Below, piece after piece: positions 62,675 through 64,000 of a DNA stretch of 64,000 nucleotides (positions are counted from its first letter, which is position 1; each line of letters begins with the position of its first letter). Source of the stretch: a virus (taxonomy: Duplodnaviria; Caudoviricetes). The position numbers and the translations under genes were made by a program. The notes under the pieces are model-generated. The model was not told the DNA's origin, made no database searches, and was given only the letters and a program-made list of their open reading frames with translations. The stretch is taken from the IMG/VR virus record IMGVR_UViG_3300035675_000001. One strand, given 5' to 3'.

Positions 62675-64000
62675 GACTAAAGACGACCTCGCTCAAGCGC
62701 GGCCTGCTCCTCTATCACGGCACCAGCTCGCCGGATTTTGACGAGCGGGCTGGCAGCCTCGCTTTCCCTGCCTGGTTCAGCGAGAAGGAGCGCGTCGCCC
62801 GCTACTTCGTCAACTGGCATGGTGAGCCGGAGCCTTACCCCTACAACGAGGAGCTGCCAAGCTCCGCCCGCATTATTGTTTACAAAGTCTCTCAGCCCAT
62901 CAAGGTGCTCCTCATCCCGGACGGCGAGACGATGGATTACATCCGCGACGAGATGGCGATGGCCGACGACGTTGAAACCCTGGCCGACTGGTGCTGCTCC
63001 AACGGCTACAACGGCTGGGTCATCCCCAACAACTACCCCGCCGAGGGCGGCAGCGACATCATGCTCTGCCGAGACGAGGGCCTGGAGTATGTTGAGACCA
63101 AGGCCCTCAACGAGAGCGCCGAAGACTTCGACAGCAAGGATGTCAGCGAGCCGGACCCGGTGGGGCTGGTTCACAGCATCATCCAGAACGCCGGGATCAC
63201 CGACATCAACGTGAAGCGCACAGGCCGGTCCATGATATTCGACGGCATCCTGGGCCGGTATCCCACGCACACCAGGGACGGCACCAAGATCGAGGTCGCC
63301 GACCTGTGCTACGCCCAGCAAATCTCCTGGAAGATCGCGGAGCTGCCCCAGGTCGAGAAGTGTAACGCGACCACCAACCGGCTGCCGGACGGGCGCAAGA
63401 CGGCTCACTTTTGGGTGCTCTGGCGCGAGGAGACCAACGCGCAAATCCAGATGGAGGCAGAAGAAATTGTAAACAATCTCATCGAGGCCAACAGCGCCCA
63501 CCTGGAGATGGCCACGCGAGCAGCCCGCTGGATTTACCAGCACGACCCTGACTTCTTCGAGGGCGGCTGCGGCGATGTCAACCACGTCATCAAGAAGTTC
63601 CTGGAGACCCAGCAGGTGCCCGTTCGCCTGCTCACCGGCTATGCCGTCTTCGCCCGCGAGAAGGTGCCTCATGCCTGGCTAGAGATTGACGGCCAACAGT
63701 TTGACCCGGTTTACACGCTCCAGCGCATCGTGCCCAAGAGCTACGTGCCCAAGCCAATGGACCTGGGCGACTTCGGGGTGGACGAGGAAAGCGGCTACCA
63801 CGACGAATTAGTCCAGCAGCTCCAGCAGGCCGTGACCCTGGGCGAGAGCGAGGAGGAAGACGACTTCAAGGATGCCTGGAAGGAGCCGGACGCCTGGGAA
63901 TGGATGCGCGACACCTTGCCCGGCCTGGGCTTCCAGTATGAAGACATGGGCATCAAACACTGGTGGAAGAAGGCCAAAGGCGGCAAGCGCGTGCGGGTAT
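62671..64000 (+). CDS. 3'-truncated tagged polyprotein: ART-like domain, unknown module, transglutaminase/papain-like domain (absent from the ORF track)
   Basis: GTG overlaps the upstream TGA and the frame stays open to the window end; LLYHGT...AWFS; tags LNESAEDFDSKDV and LGESEEEDDFKDA; GGCGDV...HAW...FDP. Confidence 0.7.
   Translation, partial: MRLKTTSLKRGLLLYHGTSSPDFDERAGSLAFPAWFSEKERVARYFVNWHGEPEPYPYNEELPSSARIIVYKVSQPIKVLLIPDGETMDYIRDEMAMADDVETLADWCCSNGYNGWVIPNNYPAEGGSDIMLCRDEGLEYVETKALNESAEDFDSKDVSEPDPVGLVHSIIQNAGITDINVKRTGRSMIFDGILGRYPTHTRDGTKIEVADLCYAQQISWKIAELPQVEKCNATTNRLPDGRKTAHFWVLWREETNAQIQMEAEEIVNNLIEANSAHLEMATRAARWIYQHDPDFFEGGCGDVNHVIKKFLETQQVPVRLLTGYAVFAREKVPHAWLEIDGQQFDPVYTLQRIVPKSYVPKPMDLGDFGVDEESGYHDELVQQLQQAVTLGESEEEDDFKDAWKEPDAWEWMRDTLPGLGFQYEDMGIKHWWKKAKGGKRVRV

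Noticed and set aside
1-64000. Stop-codon reassignment, as in some jumbo phages
   Set aside because: TAA, TAG and TGA all terminate well-formed genes (TAG at 15449, 20415, 23565 and 33387), and conserved genes are uninterrupted

Overview
64-kb slice of a very gene-dense, high-GC (about 60-62% by eye) large tailed phage genome, most likely a jumbo myovirus with T4-like morphogenesis. Evidence: terminase large subunit, baseplate J/gp6-like and gp53/LysM-like wedge proteins, two repeat-rich tail fibres and a gp23-like fragment. It reads in genetic code 11. Secreted FN3 and 'STNL..W...YYRV' lipoprotein genes suggest a Verrucomicrobia (Pedosphaera/Limisphaera-like) host; this is inference. Other recognisable genes: DinG helicase, RusA resolvase, stand-alone NrdJ TSCPD domain, radical SAM enzyme, sigma-54 enhancer-binding protein, GT32 and GT31-like glycosyltransferases, TylF methyltransferase, APS-kinase/nucleotidyltransferase, cytidylyltransferase-GHMP kinase fusion, HNH nuclease and an Acb2/Tad1-like hairpin protein. 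No tRNA, rRNA, CRISPR array, integrase or reverse transcriptase was seen. The most striking unexplained structure: (1) about 23 copies of a hydrophobic-x-E-(D/E)n-F-x-x-K-(D/E) peptide tag that head or delimit modules in 12 otherwise unrelated ORFs, including polyproteins carrying ART-like, NUDIX and transglutaminase-like domains (candidate protease-processed capsid cargo system); (2) at least 20 copies of TGTWWACA, against fewer than 1 expected; (3) a GTAGTTA element usually 4-7 nt before late-gene start codons, one copy forming the arm of a hairpin that masks a holin-like gene's start; (4) a family of 8 diverged tail-associated paralogs; (5) apparent avoidance of several restriction sites. 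All counts are by eye and need computational confirmation.
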